64,000 bases of DNA from positions 13,280 to 77,279 of the forward strand of contig OZ223360.1 in assembly GCA_965140755.1 (NCBI GenBank). Reading direction: 5' to 3'. Under the pieces are notes generated by a model. The model did no database searches. It saw only the letters and a program-made list of their open reading frames with translations, and was not told the origin of the DNA. Of the stretch, positions 17,930 through 27,991 are shown piece by piece; position 1 is the stretch's first letter, and the number at the start of each line of letters is the position of its first letter. Source of the DNA: an uncultured Vibrio sp. GTDB taxonomy: Bacteria > Pseudomonadota > Gammaproteobacteria > Enterobacterales > Vibrionaceae. A program made the position numbers and the translations under genes.

Positions 17930-18695
17930 TTTTAAACCAATAACGTCACTGGCGCTGTTAGTCTTCTGCGGGGCGGTTTCCGCGAATGATCAAGCTTTGG
18001 ATACACAACAAGTGGTGCAATTAATGGAAAAAGCCGACAGTTACCGTTTGCAGGTTCAATCTTCCAAAGTGGTCTCTTTAGTGCGCTTGTACCAAGATCA
18101 AGCGTTGGATAAGACCCGCCTATACCACGTTTATACTCGCCCGAACCGCGAGTCACTGGTGGTATTTAAATCGGCTGTCGAAGCGGGGCAAAAAATGCTG
18201 ATGATGGGTGATAATTACTGGCTGCAAATGCCCAAAAGCCGCCGCCCGATTCGCATTACACCAATACAAAAGCTCCTGGGTGAAGCATCGATTGGGGATA
18301 TATCCACGCTCACCTGGAGTCAGGATTATCAAGGTGAGTGGAAAGCGACCGAAACCATCTCCGTGAGCGCTCATAGCATTCCTGCATACCATCTCGTGCT
18401 GACCGCCAAAACCGCAGGAGCGAGTTATCAGAAAATCGATTTGTGGTTAGCAAAACGTGATGGGTTCCCAATCAAAGCAGATCTCTATTTACGCTCTGGC
18501 AAACTCGCTAAGCAAGCTTACTACAGCCGAGCAACGAATAAGGCGCAAGATTACGTCAGCGAGATGACTTTATTAGACAGTATCCAACCAAGCAAAAAGA
18601 CCGTGATTGAGTACCAAGAGATTGTCCCATGGCAGTTGGATAACAAGTTTTACAACCCTAGCTATTTGCCAAAAGTGAATACCTCGCAATTGTAG
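17922..18695 (+). CDS. LolA-like periplasmic outer-membrane lipoprotein-sorting protein
   Basis: Signal peptide; GQKMLMMGDNYWLQMPKSRRPIRI, KLLGEASIGDI, YQKIDLWL, YLRSGKLAK pattern typical of the LolA_like family. Confidence 0.8.
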   Translation: MFNFKPITSLALLVFCGAVSANDQALDTQQVVQLMEKADSYRLQVQSSKVVSLVRLYQDQALDKTRLYHVYTRPNRESLVVFKSAVEAGQKMLMMGDNYWLQMPKSRRPIRITPIQKLLGEASIGDISTLTWSQDYQGEWKATETISVSAHSIPAYHLVLTAKTAGASYQKIDLWLAKRDGFPIKADLYLRSGKLAKQAYYSRATNKAQDYVSEMTLLDSIQPSKKTVIEYQEIVPWQLDNKFYNPSYLPKVNTSQL

Positions 18696-18714
18696 GTTGC
18701 AGAGAGGAGTAAAT

Positions 18715-20022
18715 ATGAGAATCCGGTCTACTCACATCTCGAGCCTGATTGCTTTGGCCTTAGCTTCGCCAGTATTAGCGGATAACGTACTGAGTCTCGA
18801 GTGGGATTGGGCACTGAGCTACGAGACAGCCAAGCAACGCGATACCAACTTTATGGTCTCGCAAGGCCACGCTCACGATTCGCTTGATGCATTACTCGAT
18901 GTGCAAATGAAGTACCAAAACATCAGCGGATTATTCTCATTCTATAGTCAGGGTTTGTATCTGAATGAGTATGACAATAGCAAATGGTGGAAGGAAGCCG
19001 ACCATCAATTTTTCGTTCGAGAGCTTGCTTGGCAGGGCGAATGGAAAGTCCGTAACAATACATTCGATGTTAGCTTAGGTAAATTGCGCGTCGATTGGGG
19101 CGTGGGGTACGCCTATCGTCTTTTGGATTTATTCAAACCCTACCGACAAAATCCAGTTGGTTTGGTGGCAGAAGAAGGGGCGGGTGTTTTTTCTATTTCG
19201 CACTACGATATGGCGGGTGAATGGACTTTGATTGCCACGAACTCTAGTTGGGGGCAACAAGATCGAAGTGCACTGGATAAAGCGGCCGAGCAGCAAGGTG
19301 TTGGCGTGCGTCGTTATTTGCTGGTGGATGACACTGAATACCAATGGATTGGTTATTACGATGATGTTCGGCGCGGCTTACTTGGAGCCAGTGCCATTAC
19401 GGTTTGGGATGAGTCAATTGCCATGCACAGTTCTCTGCTGTGGCAAAAACAGAGTGTCGGTTATCAAATGCTTGATCAGTTGGAACAACCTGTTTCTGTT
19501 GAGAATCAAGGCAGTGCCTTTCAAGCATTGGTTGGACTCAACTGGGCCAATCATGCAGGGCATAACGTAATCGCAGAGTATTGGTATGACAGCCGTGCGT
19601 GGTCAACAAGCGAATGGGAGAAGGCGATGAGCCGTGGTGAGTTACTCTCTCAATCACCCGCAACACGGCTGCTTGCGAGCAGTTACACGCAAGGCTTACA
19701 GCATGCCAATATTGTGCAACATAACCTGATGTTGCATTGGCGCTGGGATATTGAGGCTTGGATAGCGTGGCGTGGTGCGACCAATATGACAACGGATATG
19801 AACTGGTTAGGTGATATTACACCAACACTCGATATCATGATCTCACCACAAGATGGCGGTGCTATTGTCACTCAATGGATAAATTATCAATGGATTGATA
19901 CTGGCGACCAAAGCGTAGAACTGGAAGCTGCTGCACGATTTTTATCTGGAGATAACCAATCTGCATATGCGCAGATCAATGATAAATATATGATTGTCTT
20001 TAATATAAAAGGGAAATTCTAA
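18715..20022 (+). CDS. Putative outer-membrane beta-barrel protein
   Basis: Signal peptide, aromatic-rich amphipathic strands (FDVSLGKLRVDWGVG), C-terminal Phe (IVFNIKGKF). Start placed at ATG 18715 after GAGGAG. Confidence 0.65.
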   Translation: MRIRSTHISSLIALALASPVLADNVLSLEWDWALSYETAKQRDTNFMVSQGHAHDSLDALLDVQMKYQNISGLFSFYSQGLYLNEYDNSKWWKEADHQFFVRELAWQGEWKVRNNTFDVSLGKLRVDWGVGYAYRLLDLFKPYRQNPVGLVAEEGAGVFSISHYDMAGEWTLIATNSSWGQQDRSALDKAAEQQGVGVRRYLLVDDTEYQWIGYYDDVRRGLLGASAITVWDESIAMHSSLLWQKQSVGYQMLDQLEQPVSVENQGSAFQALVGLNWANHAGHNVIAEYWYDSRAWSTSEWEKAMSRGELLSQSPATRLLASSYTQGLQHANIVQHNLMLHWRWDIEAWIAWRGATNMTTDMNWLGDITPTLDIMISPQDGGAIVTQWINYQWIDTGDQSVELEAAARFLSGDNQSAYAQINDKYMIVFNIKGKF

Positions 20023-21045
20023 ATGTTTTCAGGGAAGTCAATGGATAAAGGTGGATGGCGACGAAGTGTGGTGGAGACCTCTTTGTTTTGCCTCTTTATT
20101 GCTGTGATGACGCTTTTTGTATGGGGCGGACCGCTGTACATTCATTTGCTGGTTAGTTTTGGCTTTGGCTATTCGGCTATTTTCTTCTCTTGGTTGATCG
20201 ACAAGCTCTTTCCAACCATCCCGCGTGTAATAGAAATTGCCATTTCGCTCACCGCATGTTTGCTGGTTGGTGTGATCAATGCGCAGTTTTGGCTGGGTGA
20301 TTACTTTGGTATCTCAGGCATGCTCCCTATCGGTTTGATGGGGTTGTTATTCAGTGCAATGTGTTTTTTCTATTTTCACTCGCGAGAGAAGCAGGCCATC
20401 GCACAACGTGAGCTGGAAACCATCAAGCTCGAGAAAGCGGAGCAAGAACGCGCCTTATTACTTAGCCAGTTGAAACAGATGCAAAGTCAGATTGAGCCAC
20501 ATTTCTTGTTTAATACCTTGGCAAACATCAGTGCGTTAATGTCGCAAGACGTGGATAAGGCCAGAAAGATGCTTGATCAGCTAACCGCGTTATTGCGTGC
20601 CACATTAAAAAGTTCACGTGAACAACAAACCACCATCGACAATGAAGCCGCATTGATCGACGCTTACCTTGCGATCCAACAAATTCGCTTAGGTGATCGT
20701 TTGTGTTACTCCATTGAAGTGGAAGAAGAGTTAGGGCAGCTAGAACTGCCACCCATGATGCTGCAACCCTTAATTGAGAATGCCATTATTCATGGTATCG
20801 AACCGAAGCGAGAGGGTGGAGAAGTGAGCCTGCGGATCAAATGTGAAAACCGGATACTTGCAATTGAAGTTCGGGACACTGGGGTTGGGCTGAACCACGC
20901 TAGTCAACATTGTGGATCGGGTATTGGGCTTAGCAACTTAAAGCAGCGAGTTGATGCTCTGTTTGCAGGCAAAGGTAAGGTGTTGATCAGTGAACTTGCC
21001 GAGGGTGGTGTCAGTGTCCGTTTAAGCTGGCCAATTGAGTGGTAA
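20023..21045 (+). CDS. LytS/YehU-type sensor histidine kinase with short multi-TM N-terminus
   Basis: [17 protein letters not shown]-box, [13 protein letters not shown]-box, [14 protein letters not shown]; about four closely spaced TM helices. Confidence 0.92.
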   Translation: MFSGKSMDKGGWRRSVVETSLFCLFIAVMTLFVWGGPLYIHLLVSFGFGYSAIFFSWLIDKLFPTIPRVIEIAISLTACLLVGVINAQFWLGDYFGISGMLPIGLMGLLFSAMCFFYFHSREKQAIAQRELETIKLEKAEQERALLLSQLKQMQSQIEPHFLFNTLANISALMSQDVDKARKMLDQLTALLRATLKSSREQQTTIDNEAALIDAYLAIQQIRLGDRLCYSIEVEEELGQLELPPMMLQPLIENAIIHGIEPKREGGEVSLRIKCENRILAIEVRDTGVGLNHASQHCGSGIGLSNLKQRVDALFAGKGKVLISELAEGGVSVRLSWPIEW

Positions 21046-21067
21046 TCATAATCAAGGAGTTGGGGAA

Positions 21068-21859
21068 ATGAAGACTGGTATTACGGCCATCATTGCCGAC
21101 GATGAGCCGCTATTAAGGCGGCATTTGGATAAAAGCCTCGCTGATGTATGGCCAGAACTGGAAGTGATCGCAAAAGTCGCGGACGGTGAGCAGGCTTGGA
21201 GTGCCATTCAACATAATCAACCTGATATCGCTTTTCTTGATATTCGCATGCCCGTTTTAGACGGAGTGACTCTGGCGCAAAAAATAAATGGTATGGTGAA
21301 TCCACCTTTGATCGTTTTTGTTACCGCATATGACGATTACGCGATTAAAGCGTTTGAACAAAATGCGGCAGATTACTTACTCAAACCCATCTCGGATGAT
21401 CGTTTGCAAACCACGTGTGAGCGCGTTCAAGCTCGTCTTGCCAATCTAGGGCAACACAACAGCAATATGCAGATGAATAGTTTATTAGATCAGCTTCAGC
21501 AACTATCAGCCCCCAAAACGCCTCAATACCTGCAATGGATTAAAGCGACTCAGGGTGAAGACATTCACTTGATTGCCACATCAGATGTACTCTATTTCAA
21601 GGCAGAAGAGAAATACGTCTCCGTTTATGCGCATCAGGGGCAGGGGGCGGTTATGGAATATCTGATTCGCACATCGTTAAAAGAACTGATGCAACAACTT
21701 AATCCCGAACAGTTTTGGCAAGTGCATCGCTCAACGGTGGTTCAGGTGTGCAAAATCAATAAAGTAAATAAAGATTTTACCGGACGAATGTTTGTCCATA
21801 TTGGTGATAATAAACTGGCGGTCAGCCGAGCCTCGCAAAGTTTATTCAAGGGAATGTAA
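21068..21859 (+). CDS. LytTR-family response regulator
   Basis: Receiver [30 protein letters not shown]; LytTR domain [14 protein letters not shown]. Confidence 0.93.
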   Translation: MKTGITAIIADDEPLLRRHLDKSLADVWPELEVIAKVADGEQAWSAIQHNQPDIAFLDIRMPVLDGVTLAQKINGMVNPPLIVFVTAYDDYAIKAFEQNAADYLLKPISDDRLQTTCERVQARLANLGQHNSNMQMNSLLDQLQQLSAPKTPQYLQWIKATQGEDIHLIATSDVLYFKAEEKYVSVYAHQGQGAVMEYLIRTSLKELMQQLNPEQFWQVHRSTVVQVCKINKVNKDFTGRMFVHIGDNKLAVSRASQSLFKGM

Positions 21860-21887
21860 CCTTTACTTAGTAAGTCACTGCTGATTC

Positions 21888-21900
21888 TTTACACTGTAAA
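21888..21900. other. parS2 site
   Basis: Exact TTTACACTGTAAA, 29 bp after the LytTR gene. Confidence 0.8.
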
Positions 21901-22048
21901 CCCGGTCATGATTTCATTCAAAATGTATTGATCTCACCTTTACGAAATTGAACCGAAGCTCGGCATCTGACGGGATTAGTCTCTTATTGTCACTTTCTCG
22001 AGTAGAGTTTGGATTAGGCATTATATCTCAAGTGATTTTAAGTACGTA

Positions 22049-22435
22049 TTAACGTGAACATTGATTGGTGCCGCAGCGGGACTTGCCAGTGAGCCAGTAA
22101 GAAATGCGGTATCTGTTGTTAGCGAATTTAATATACAGCCAATCGGAAACGGGGCGAATCAAAGGCCAGCGTAATGGTGCATAAAGCCAACCTCTCCCCA
22201 CCAGCTGCCATGCGCGATAGGTGACGTCTAAGCCGAAAAGTAAATTACCGCAGTCGTCCAAAGCGTGGAGTACGGTATTTGCTTTGGCGGCATCGATTTG
22301 AGGGTATTCAGAGAAGGCGTCGCTATAAATATCGACGCTACGAATATACTGATGCGTATCGTGCTTTGTTAATGCCCTCATCTCTTTGGCACAAAGTGGG
22401 CAGGTACCATCATAAAATATGGTGAGCTTTGTCAT
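22049..22435 (-). CDS. DUF393 / DCC-family thiol-disulfide oxidoreductase
   Basis: IFYDGTCPLC motif, FANNRYRIS. Confidence 0.88.
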   Translation of the reverse strand: MTKLTIFYDGTCPLCAKEMRALTKHDTHQYIRSVDIYSDAFSEYPQIDAAKANTVLHALDDCGNLLFGLDVTYRAWQLVGRGWLYAPLRWPLIRPVSDWLYIKFANNRYRISYWLTGKSRCGTNQCSR

Positions 22436-22891
22436 GGCTACTCCTTATATTCCTCTAAGAATACCGAATTACTTACCCTGTTCATACGTTGTATCAGTGA
22501 GAGGGATTTAAACCTAATCCATTTTCTGTTTTCAGGTGCGGTGTACGAGTACGGAATTAATCAATCGAGCTTTAAGTTATAGATTTCATGAATATCATTG
22601 AAATAAAGACAGTTTTTGTCGATATGCTATAATCTGTTTTCGCTAAAGTGGTCATTTTCGTTGTTGCTTGAGAGTTTCCCTGGATTCGGCTTGATTAAAC
22701 GTCCATAAGTAAACTACGCGATAACGTCCCCTTCCGCTTACATTTTAATGCGCTCTGATAGAGTCTGTCGCGCATTTGTAAGCTCTTTAGAATATTTTTG
22801 AAAACATCAGTGAGAATGTTTGCTATTGGAACAAGGTTAAATTAACACTCAATCATTATGGAGGATGAAGAGAACAACAATAAGAGGTGAT

Positions 22892-24118
22892 ATGAATCAT
22901 ATAATATCTATCGGGGCTCTGGAGTCCTTCATGGTTGCGATCAGTGTGCTTTTCCTAGGACATTTCGTAAATGCCAAGCTGCCAATTTTAAATAAGTTCA
23001 ACATACCAGAGCCTATTGTGGGCGGTCTTATCGTAGCCTGTCTGATTACGACACTTCATTTCTACGGCATCGATTTAGAGTTCGATCTTCCGTTACAAAA
23101 CACGTTTATGTTGATGTTTTTTTCAACCGTCGGCTTAGCGGCAAATTACACCCAACTGATGAAGGGTGGAGCCAAAGTTTTTATCTTCTTAGCGGTGGCT
23201 TCATTTTACATCATCATCCAGAATGGCGTGGGCGTTTCACTGGCAGCAGCTCTTGGCTTAGATCCATTAATGGGGCTGATTGCCGGCTCAATAACGCTTT
23301 CTGGTGGGCATGGAACAGGAGCGGCCTGGTCTCAAACCTTCCAAGATGTGTATGGATTGAATAACGTTTTGGAAATCGCGATGGCGTCGGCCACATTTGG
23401 CTTGATCATTGGCGGTATTATCGGCAGCCCGATGGCAGAACGTTTGGTGGATAAGCATGGTATCGAATCGGAATATGGCCGCAGCGCCAAGACGCATGAA
23501 AAATTCCCGGAATTGGTGACCTACAACGAATACGAAGAAGACAAAGTAACGGCGAAAAAAGTGGTTGAGAAGCTGTTCTTTTTACTGATTTGTGTCACTG
23601 GCGCCAAATACTTAGAGCAATGGGTAAATACGTTCGAAATCTCATGGTTAATGATCCCTGATTTTGTGTATGCCTTGTTTATTGGCGTGGTTGTGACCAA
23701 CTTCCTGGAAGTGACCAAGATACGTAAGTTGGATGCAGAAACGGTGGATATGCTCGGTACCGTGTCACTATCCCTGTTTCTGGCTATGGCGTTAATGAGC
23801 TTGAAACTGTGGAATATATTCGATTTGGCTATTCCATTTTTAGTGATTCTGGCTGTGCAGTCTGCGGTACTGGCAATTTTTACCTACTATGTGACCTTTA
23901 AAGTTATGGGGCGTAACTATGATGCTGCGGTCATTGCTGGTGGTCACTGTGGTTTTGGTTTGGGTGCCACGCCAACAGCGGTAATGAACATGGGGTCTAT
24001 CGTTAATCGTTATGGGCCATCACCTCAGGCATTTATGGTGGTACCCATTGTCGGCGCTTTCTTTATCGACATCGTCAACTTGGTCATCCTGCAAGGGTAC
24101 ATATCCTTTCTGGGCTAA
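22892..24118 (+). CDS. gltS: Sodium/glutamate symporter GltS
   Basis: IPEPIVGGL, GSITLSGGHGTGAAW, ATFGLIIGGIIG, GHCGFGLGATPTAV. Start at ATG 22892 after GAGG. Confidence 0.92.
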   Translation: MNHIISIGALESFMVAISVLFLGHFVNAKLPILNKFNIPEPIVGGLIVACLITTLHFYGIDLEFDLPLQNTFMLMFFSTVGLAANYTQLMKGGAKVFIFLAVASFYIIIQNGVGVSLAAALGLDPLMGLIAGSITLSGGHGTGAAWSQTFQDVYGLNNVLEIAMASATFGLIIGGIIGSPMAERLVDKHGIESEYGRSAKTHEKFPELVTYNEYEEDKVTAKKVVEKLFFLLICVTGAKYLEQWVNTFEISWLMIPDFVYALFIGVVVTNFLEVTKIRKLDAETVDMLGTVSLSLFLAMALMSLKLWNIFDLAIPFLVILAVQSAVLAIFTYYVTFKVMGRNYDAAVIAGGHCGFGLGATPTAVMNMGSIVNRYGPSPQAFMVVPIVGAFFIDIVNLVILQGYISFLG

Positions 24119-24135
24119 GAGAGCAGGGGAGTGAT

Positions 24136-24170
24136 AAAAATGGTCACAACCAAAGTTGTGGCCATTTTTT
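24136..24170. terminator. Bidirectional terminator between gltS and the ytrA-like operon
   Basis: AAAAATGGTCACAAC/GTTGTGGCCATTTTT inverted repeat. Confidence 0.7.
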
Positions 24171-24200
24171 GTTTTTGAGTTCAGCGTCGGGCTTCTATCG

Positions 24201-25031
24201 CTATTGAATGGTTCGGCTGATTCTGAGGCTTGCCGCCCAAGCTAATACGCCAATAAAGGCATAAATACCAAGATTAGTGTTTCCAACCTCTGCAAACGCA
24301 TCCAGTGGATTCGGCGCGATGATAGCATGGAAAGGTAGGTAGAATATCTCAGAGAAAAACTGATCCATGCCGTAGTAACCAAACATCGCGATTGGCATCC
24401 AGCGCAGCGCATAAATGGCGATAAACAAGATCACCAGCGGAGAGTTTACTTTTTGTGAGATGGCCATGGTTGTCAGAGCCAAAGGCAGCAGTAAAAATCC
24501 AGCCAATCCCATTCTTAACAGAAACTCGCCCCAATGCAGCAATACGTACCCTATTGATGAGTAATGATATAAGAAATCGATCTGATGGTCGGTGGTTACA
24601 TTCAGCGACCACAACATCACATCGGCAATGATGACCAGGAAAGAGCACACCAGAGGAATCACCAGCAGGCCGAAAACGAGCTTTACTACGTGCACCTGAA
24701 CATCGCTGATCGGCATACTACGCCAGAACATGATACTGCCTTCTGAACGCTCTTTACGTAGCGTTCTCGGGAAGTATAGTGTACCCAGCAGAATAGAAAG
24801 TAAGCCGGCACCGCCAGCAATAAATGAACTTAATTCTTCTCCCAGTTGCTTTTGGATGCCATCAGCATTACCACCAATACTCATTTGGAAAAAGAAGTTT
24901 TGCTGAAGGTTCGAGTTGCTTATTAAACCAATAAACAACAAGGTCCCACACACAAACATAAAAAAGGGCACGCGAGACACGAGAGGGTTTTCTAGCCTCT
25001 CTTTATTTAACATCGTCATTATCGAATGCAT
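24201..25031 (-). CDS. ABC-2 type permease
   Basis: About six TMs, LRKERSEGSIMFWRSMPISD motif; translationally coupled to the ATPase. Confidence 0.8.
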   Translation of the reverse strand: MHSIMTMLNKERLENPLVSRVPFFMFVCGTLLFIGLISNSNLQQNFFFQMSIGGNADGIQKQLGEELSSFIAGGAGLLSILLGTLYFPRTLRKERSEGSIMFWRSMPISDVQVHVVKLVFGLLVIPLVCSFLVIIADVMLWSLNVTTDHQIDFLYHYSSIGYVLLHWGEFLLRMGLAGFLLLPLALTTMAISQKVNSPLVILFIAIYALRWMPIAMFGYYGMDQFFSEIFYLPFHAIIAPNPLDAFAEVGNTNLGIYAFIGVLAWAASLRISRTIQ

Positions 25032-25888
25032 TAATCAGCCCCCTTTTGCAACGCGAGAAACAGATCTGACAGTGTTACACCGTGAATGTCACCCAAACCT
25101 TCGACTTGTGCCGCGTACTTTGAAGGTAGCAGCCATTTGGTTGTGCCAAGTCCCTTTTGCGAAGCAAGCGGGTGCATTGCCTCAATTTGCAGACGAAATG
25201 AGTCATTGGCATCAAGGATAAAGTAATCCTCGTGGATACTATCCATCGACGTTTGCAAAACAGAATGACCGTGTTTGAGGATCAGAACATCTGTTAACAG
25301 ATGCTCAATTTCAGAAACTTCATGGCTGGCGATGATCAAGACTCGATCGCCATCGTGAAACCATTCTAAGAGGTGACGATAGAAGGTATCCCGGTAAACT
25401 AAGTCTAAACCGAGAGTCGGCTCATCAAGGATCAGTATTTGCGTATTGGTCGCGATGACTATCGCCAGATGCAGCTGCACTTTCATCCCTTTCGACAAAG
25501 TGCGAATGCGAGATTTTGATTTGACATCCGTCTGGTGAAGTATCGCATCAGCTTTGTGGCGATCGAAGCCTGGGTGAACCCCCTCGGTATAGGTCAATAG
25601 CTGCTCGACCGTCATCCAGTCTGGCAGCACGTTAACATCTGAGATATACGACAAGTGCTGCATAATTTTGTGGCGCTGCATGATCGGTTCATAGCCGTTG
25701 ATGCGGATCGTTCCTTTATATTCATGTGCGCCTAGCAGAGCGTTAATTAACGTCGACTTACCAGCACCATTGTGACCGAGTAAACCGAGCACCTGACCAG
25801 GATGCAAGTCAAAACTGATATCGTGTAGTGTTTCTCCTTGGTGGCTATAGTGTTTGGAGAGGTGCTTTACACTGACTGTTGGGTTCAT
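25031..25888 (-). CDS. ABC transporter ATP-binding protein (YtrB-like)
   Basis: GHNGAGKST, LSKGMKVQL, ILDEPTLGLD, IASH. Confidence 0.9.
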   Translation of the reverse strand: MNPTVSVKHLSKHYSHQGETLHDISFDLHPGQVLGLLGHNGAGKSTLINALLGAHEYKGTIRINGYEPIMQRHKIMQHLSYISDVNVLPDWMTVEQLLTYTEGVHPGFDRHKADAILHQTDVKSKSRIRTLSKGMKVQLHLAIVIATNTQILILDEPTLGLDLVYRDTFYRHLLEWFHDGDRVLIIASHEVSEIEHLLTDVLILKHGHSVLQTSMDSIHEDYFILDANDSFRLQIEAMHPLASQKGLGTTKWLLPSKYAAQVEGLGDIHGVTLSDLFLALQKGAD

Positions 25889-26256
25889 TGGTCACCTTTA
25901 ATTTGTAATTTGAGTTGTAGGATAAGCTCATCGAGCGACATATCCAGGTGCTTTAGTGTTTCGGCTATCTGAGGGATCTGTTCATTGAGAAAGCGTTTTT
26001 TTTCTGTGGCTAATAAGCGTTGTTTTGCTCCAGTTGAGACAAACATACCTTGACCAGGTTTCTTCTCCACCACGCCTTGCTCAACCAAGAGCTGGTAGCC
26101 TTTCATGACAGTAAGGTGGTTGATTTTCATATCAGCAGCGACGCGACGTACAGAAGGCAACGCTTCACCCTCTTTCCAAGTCTCTTGTAGTATTTGCTGA
26201 GTGAGCAGGTCAGCCAACTGACGGAAAATGGGTTGGCGATCATGCCACTGTTTCAT
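25885..26256 (-). CDS. GntR-family regulator, YtrA subfamily
   Basis: QPIFRQL, GEALPSVRRVAADMKINHLTVMKGYQLL, KPGQGMFV; 123 aa from ATG 26256. Confidence 0.9.
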   Translation of the reverse strand: MKQWHDRQPIFRQLADLLTQQILQETWKEGEALPSVRRVAADMKINHLTVMKGYQLLVEQGVVEKKPGQGMFVSTGAKQRLLATEKKRFLNEQIPQIAETLKHLDMSLDELILQLKLQIKGDQ

Positions 26257-26279
26257 GATGAAACCCTTTGGCCAAATTA

Positions 26280-26301
26280 GTGTTATATATAGGTATAACA
26301 C
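26280..26301. promoter_or_regulatory. Palindromic operator of the YtrA-like regulator
   Basis: GTGTTATA-tatagg-TATAACAC, perfect 8-bp arms, 24 bp upstream of the start. Confidence 0.7.
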
Positions 26302-26350
26302 CTTGGGATTTGGATGGAAAGGCTTGCACGAAGATGAGTGGGGATTAAAT

Positions 26351-26377
26351 AAAAACCCGTGAGTGATCACGGGTTTT
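26351..26377 (-). terminator. Intrinsic terminator after nagB
   Basis: AAAACCCGTGA/TCACGGGTTTT hairpin. Confidence 0.75.
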
Positions 26378-26411
26378 GTATTTCTAGCGTGAGTGAAAAG
26401 TCTAGCGACCC

Positions 26412-27212
26412 TTAGAAGCCCTTGATGTTTTCTGCTTCTAGCTCAGAGAAGTATTTTACTGTCTTCACTTTTAGCTCTTGCTGAGAAGGCTCATCACATA
26501 CGATCACGGCTTTCGGGTGCAGTTGAAGCGCTGAGACTGTCCAAAGGTGGTTAACGCAGCCTTCTACTGCTGCTTCAAGAGCAAGTGCTTTGTTATGGCC
26601 TGTCACTAGGATCATCACCTCTTCAGAATCTAGAAGAGTACCAACACCGATCGTCAGTGCGTATTTTGGAACTTGATTAATGTCGCCGTCAAAGAAACGA
26701 GAGTTCGCGATACGAGTATCTTCCGTCAGAGTTTTGATTCGAGTACGAGAAGAAAGTGACGATGCTGGCTCGTTGAACGCAATATGACCGTCGTTACCTA
26801 CACCACCCATGAACAAATTGATTTTACCGTAAGATTTGATCTTATCTTCGTAGCGCTTGCACTCTGCGTCGTGATCTTCGGTATTACCGTTTAGCAGGTT
26901 GATATTTTCTTCTTTAATATCAATGTGGTTGAAGAAGTTGCTGTACATGAATGAACGGTAAGATTCAGGGTGATCTGCAGGGATACCAATATATTCATCC
27001 ATGTTGAAAGTCACAACGTGCTTAAAGCTCACTTCACCCGCTTTATGTAGTTCAATTAATGCGTTGTAAGTTGCTAGAGGAGTGCCACCAGTAGGTAGAC
27101 CCAGAACGAATGGACGTTCAGCAGTAGGTTGGAAATCGTTGATGCGTTTTGCGATGTGTGCTGCTGCCCACTTACCTACTTGTGCTGCTTGAGTTAACGG
27201 GATAAGTCTCAT
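26412..27212 (-). CDS. nagB: Glucosamine-6-phosphate deaminase
   Basis: [39 protein letters not shown]; 266 aa. Confidence 0.97.
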   Translation of the reverse strand: MRLIPLTQAAQVGKWAAAHIAKRINDFQPTAERPFVLGLPTGGTPLATYNALIELHKAGEVSFKHVVTFNMDEYIGIPADHPESYRSFMYSNFFNHIDIKEENINLLNGNTEDHDAECKRYEDKIKSYGKINLFMGGVGNDGHIAFNEPASSLSSRTRIKTLTEDTRIANSRFFDGDINQVPKYALTIGVGTLLDSEEVMILVTGHNKALALEAAVEGCVNHLWTVSALQLHPKAVIVCDEPSQQELKVKTVKYFSELEAENIKGF

Positions 27213-27251
27213 TTTGTGCCCCTAGTTATTGAATTTAAGATGTTCTGAAAC

Positions 27252-27274
27252 ATTAATTCGCATTATAAAATAAG
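27252..27274. promoter_or_regulatory. NagC operator candidate
   Basis: aTTAATTC-n7-AAAATAAg matches the 23-bp NagC pattern, 40 bp upstream of nagB. Confidence 0.6.
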
Positions 27275-27590
27275 TTGTCAGCGACTGCCATTGTTTTAGG
27301 TCAAAAATTTGCTCTTTCTTTAACCAGTGTTGTTTTTATCAACAAATAAGCCAAATTATGACTCTGCAAAGGATCTGTTTCGATTTTGGCTTCTTATTAT
27401 CTTAGAGTGTATTGAGGTAAATTTCATGGCTGAAATTAAGTTTTTATCACGTAGGAATACAGTGCTGGTACGGAAGAGGTAACGAGTATCGCAAGACATG
27501 AAGATCTTTTGCTTTGGGGCAACCTCGAATATGGCGAGGTGCAAATTCCTTATCCATAATTAAGAGGTGTGTATTGGTGAGGAAATCGCT

Positions 27591-27842
27591 ATGAAAAACG
27601 AATTAGATCCAAGCAAAGTATTATCGGCATACGAAAATGTGATGGACAACGGCACCCCAACTGAGTTTGGTAAGATCTATGAAGGGGTTGAGGCGTTTTC
27701 TGATTATGATGGTTACAACGTATTTTTGCGAGGAAACGGTGTTGAGTTAAAGGTTGGTTTCCACAATACGTATCACCTTGAGTACGAGCAGGAACACCTG
27801 AAGGAGAGTTTCTTGAAAAAGATTGCGATGCTTGCCAAGTAG
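27591..27842 (+). CDS. DUF3081-like small protein
   Basis: MKNELDPSKVLSAYENVM...EGVEAFSDYDGYNVFLRGNGVELKVGFHNTYHLEY; GAGG RBS. Confidence 0.75.
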   Translation: MKNELDPSKVLSAYENVMDNGTPTEFGKIYEGVEAFSDYDGYNVFLRGNGVELKVGFHNTYHLEYEQEHLKESFLKKIAMLAK

Positions 27843-27991
27843 ACCTGTATGGTTTGATGTGCAAATAAAGCCCTCGGGAGAACGCGACCTTGGGCTTTAG
27901 GAGAAGAAAAAATCACAAACGTTCACTCTTAAGGAGAATGTACGCGTGTCTAAGTCTTCGACTTAACTATCGATTAATTGATACTGATAAA

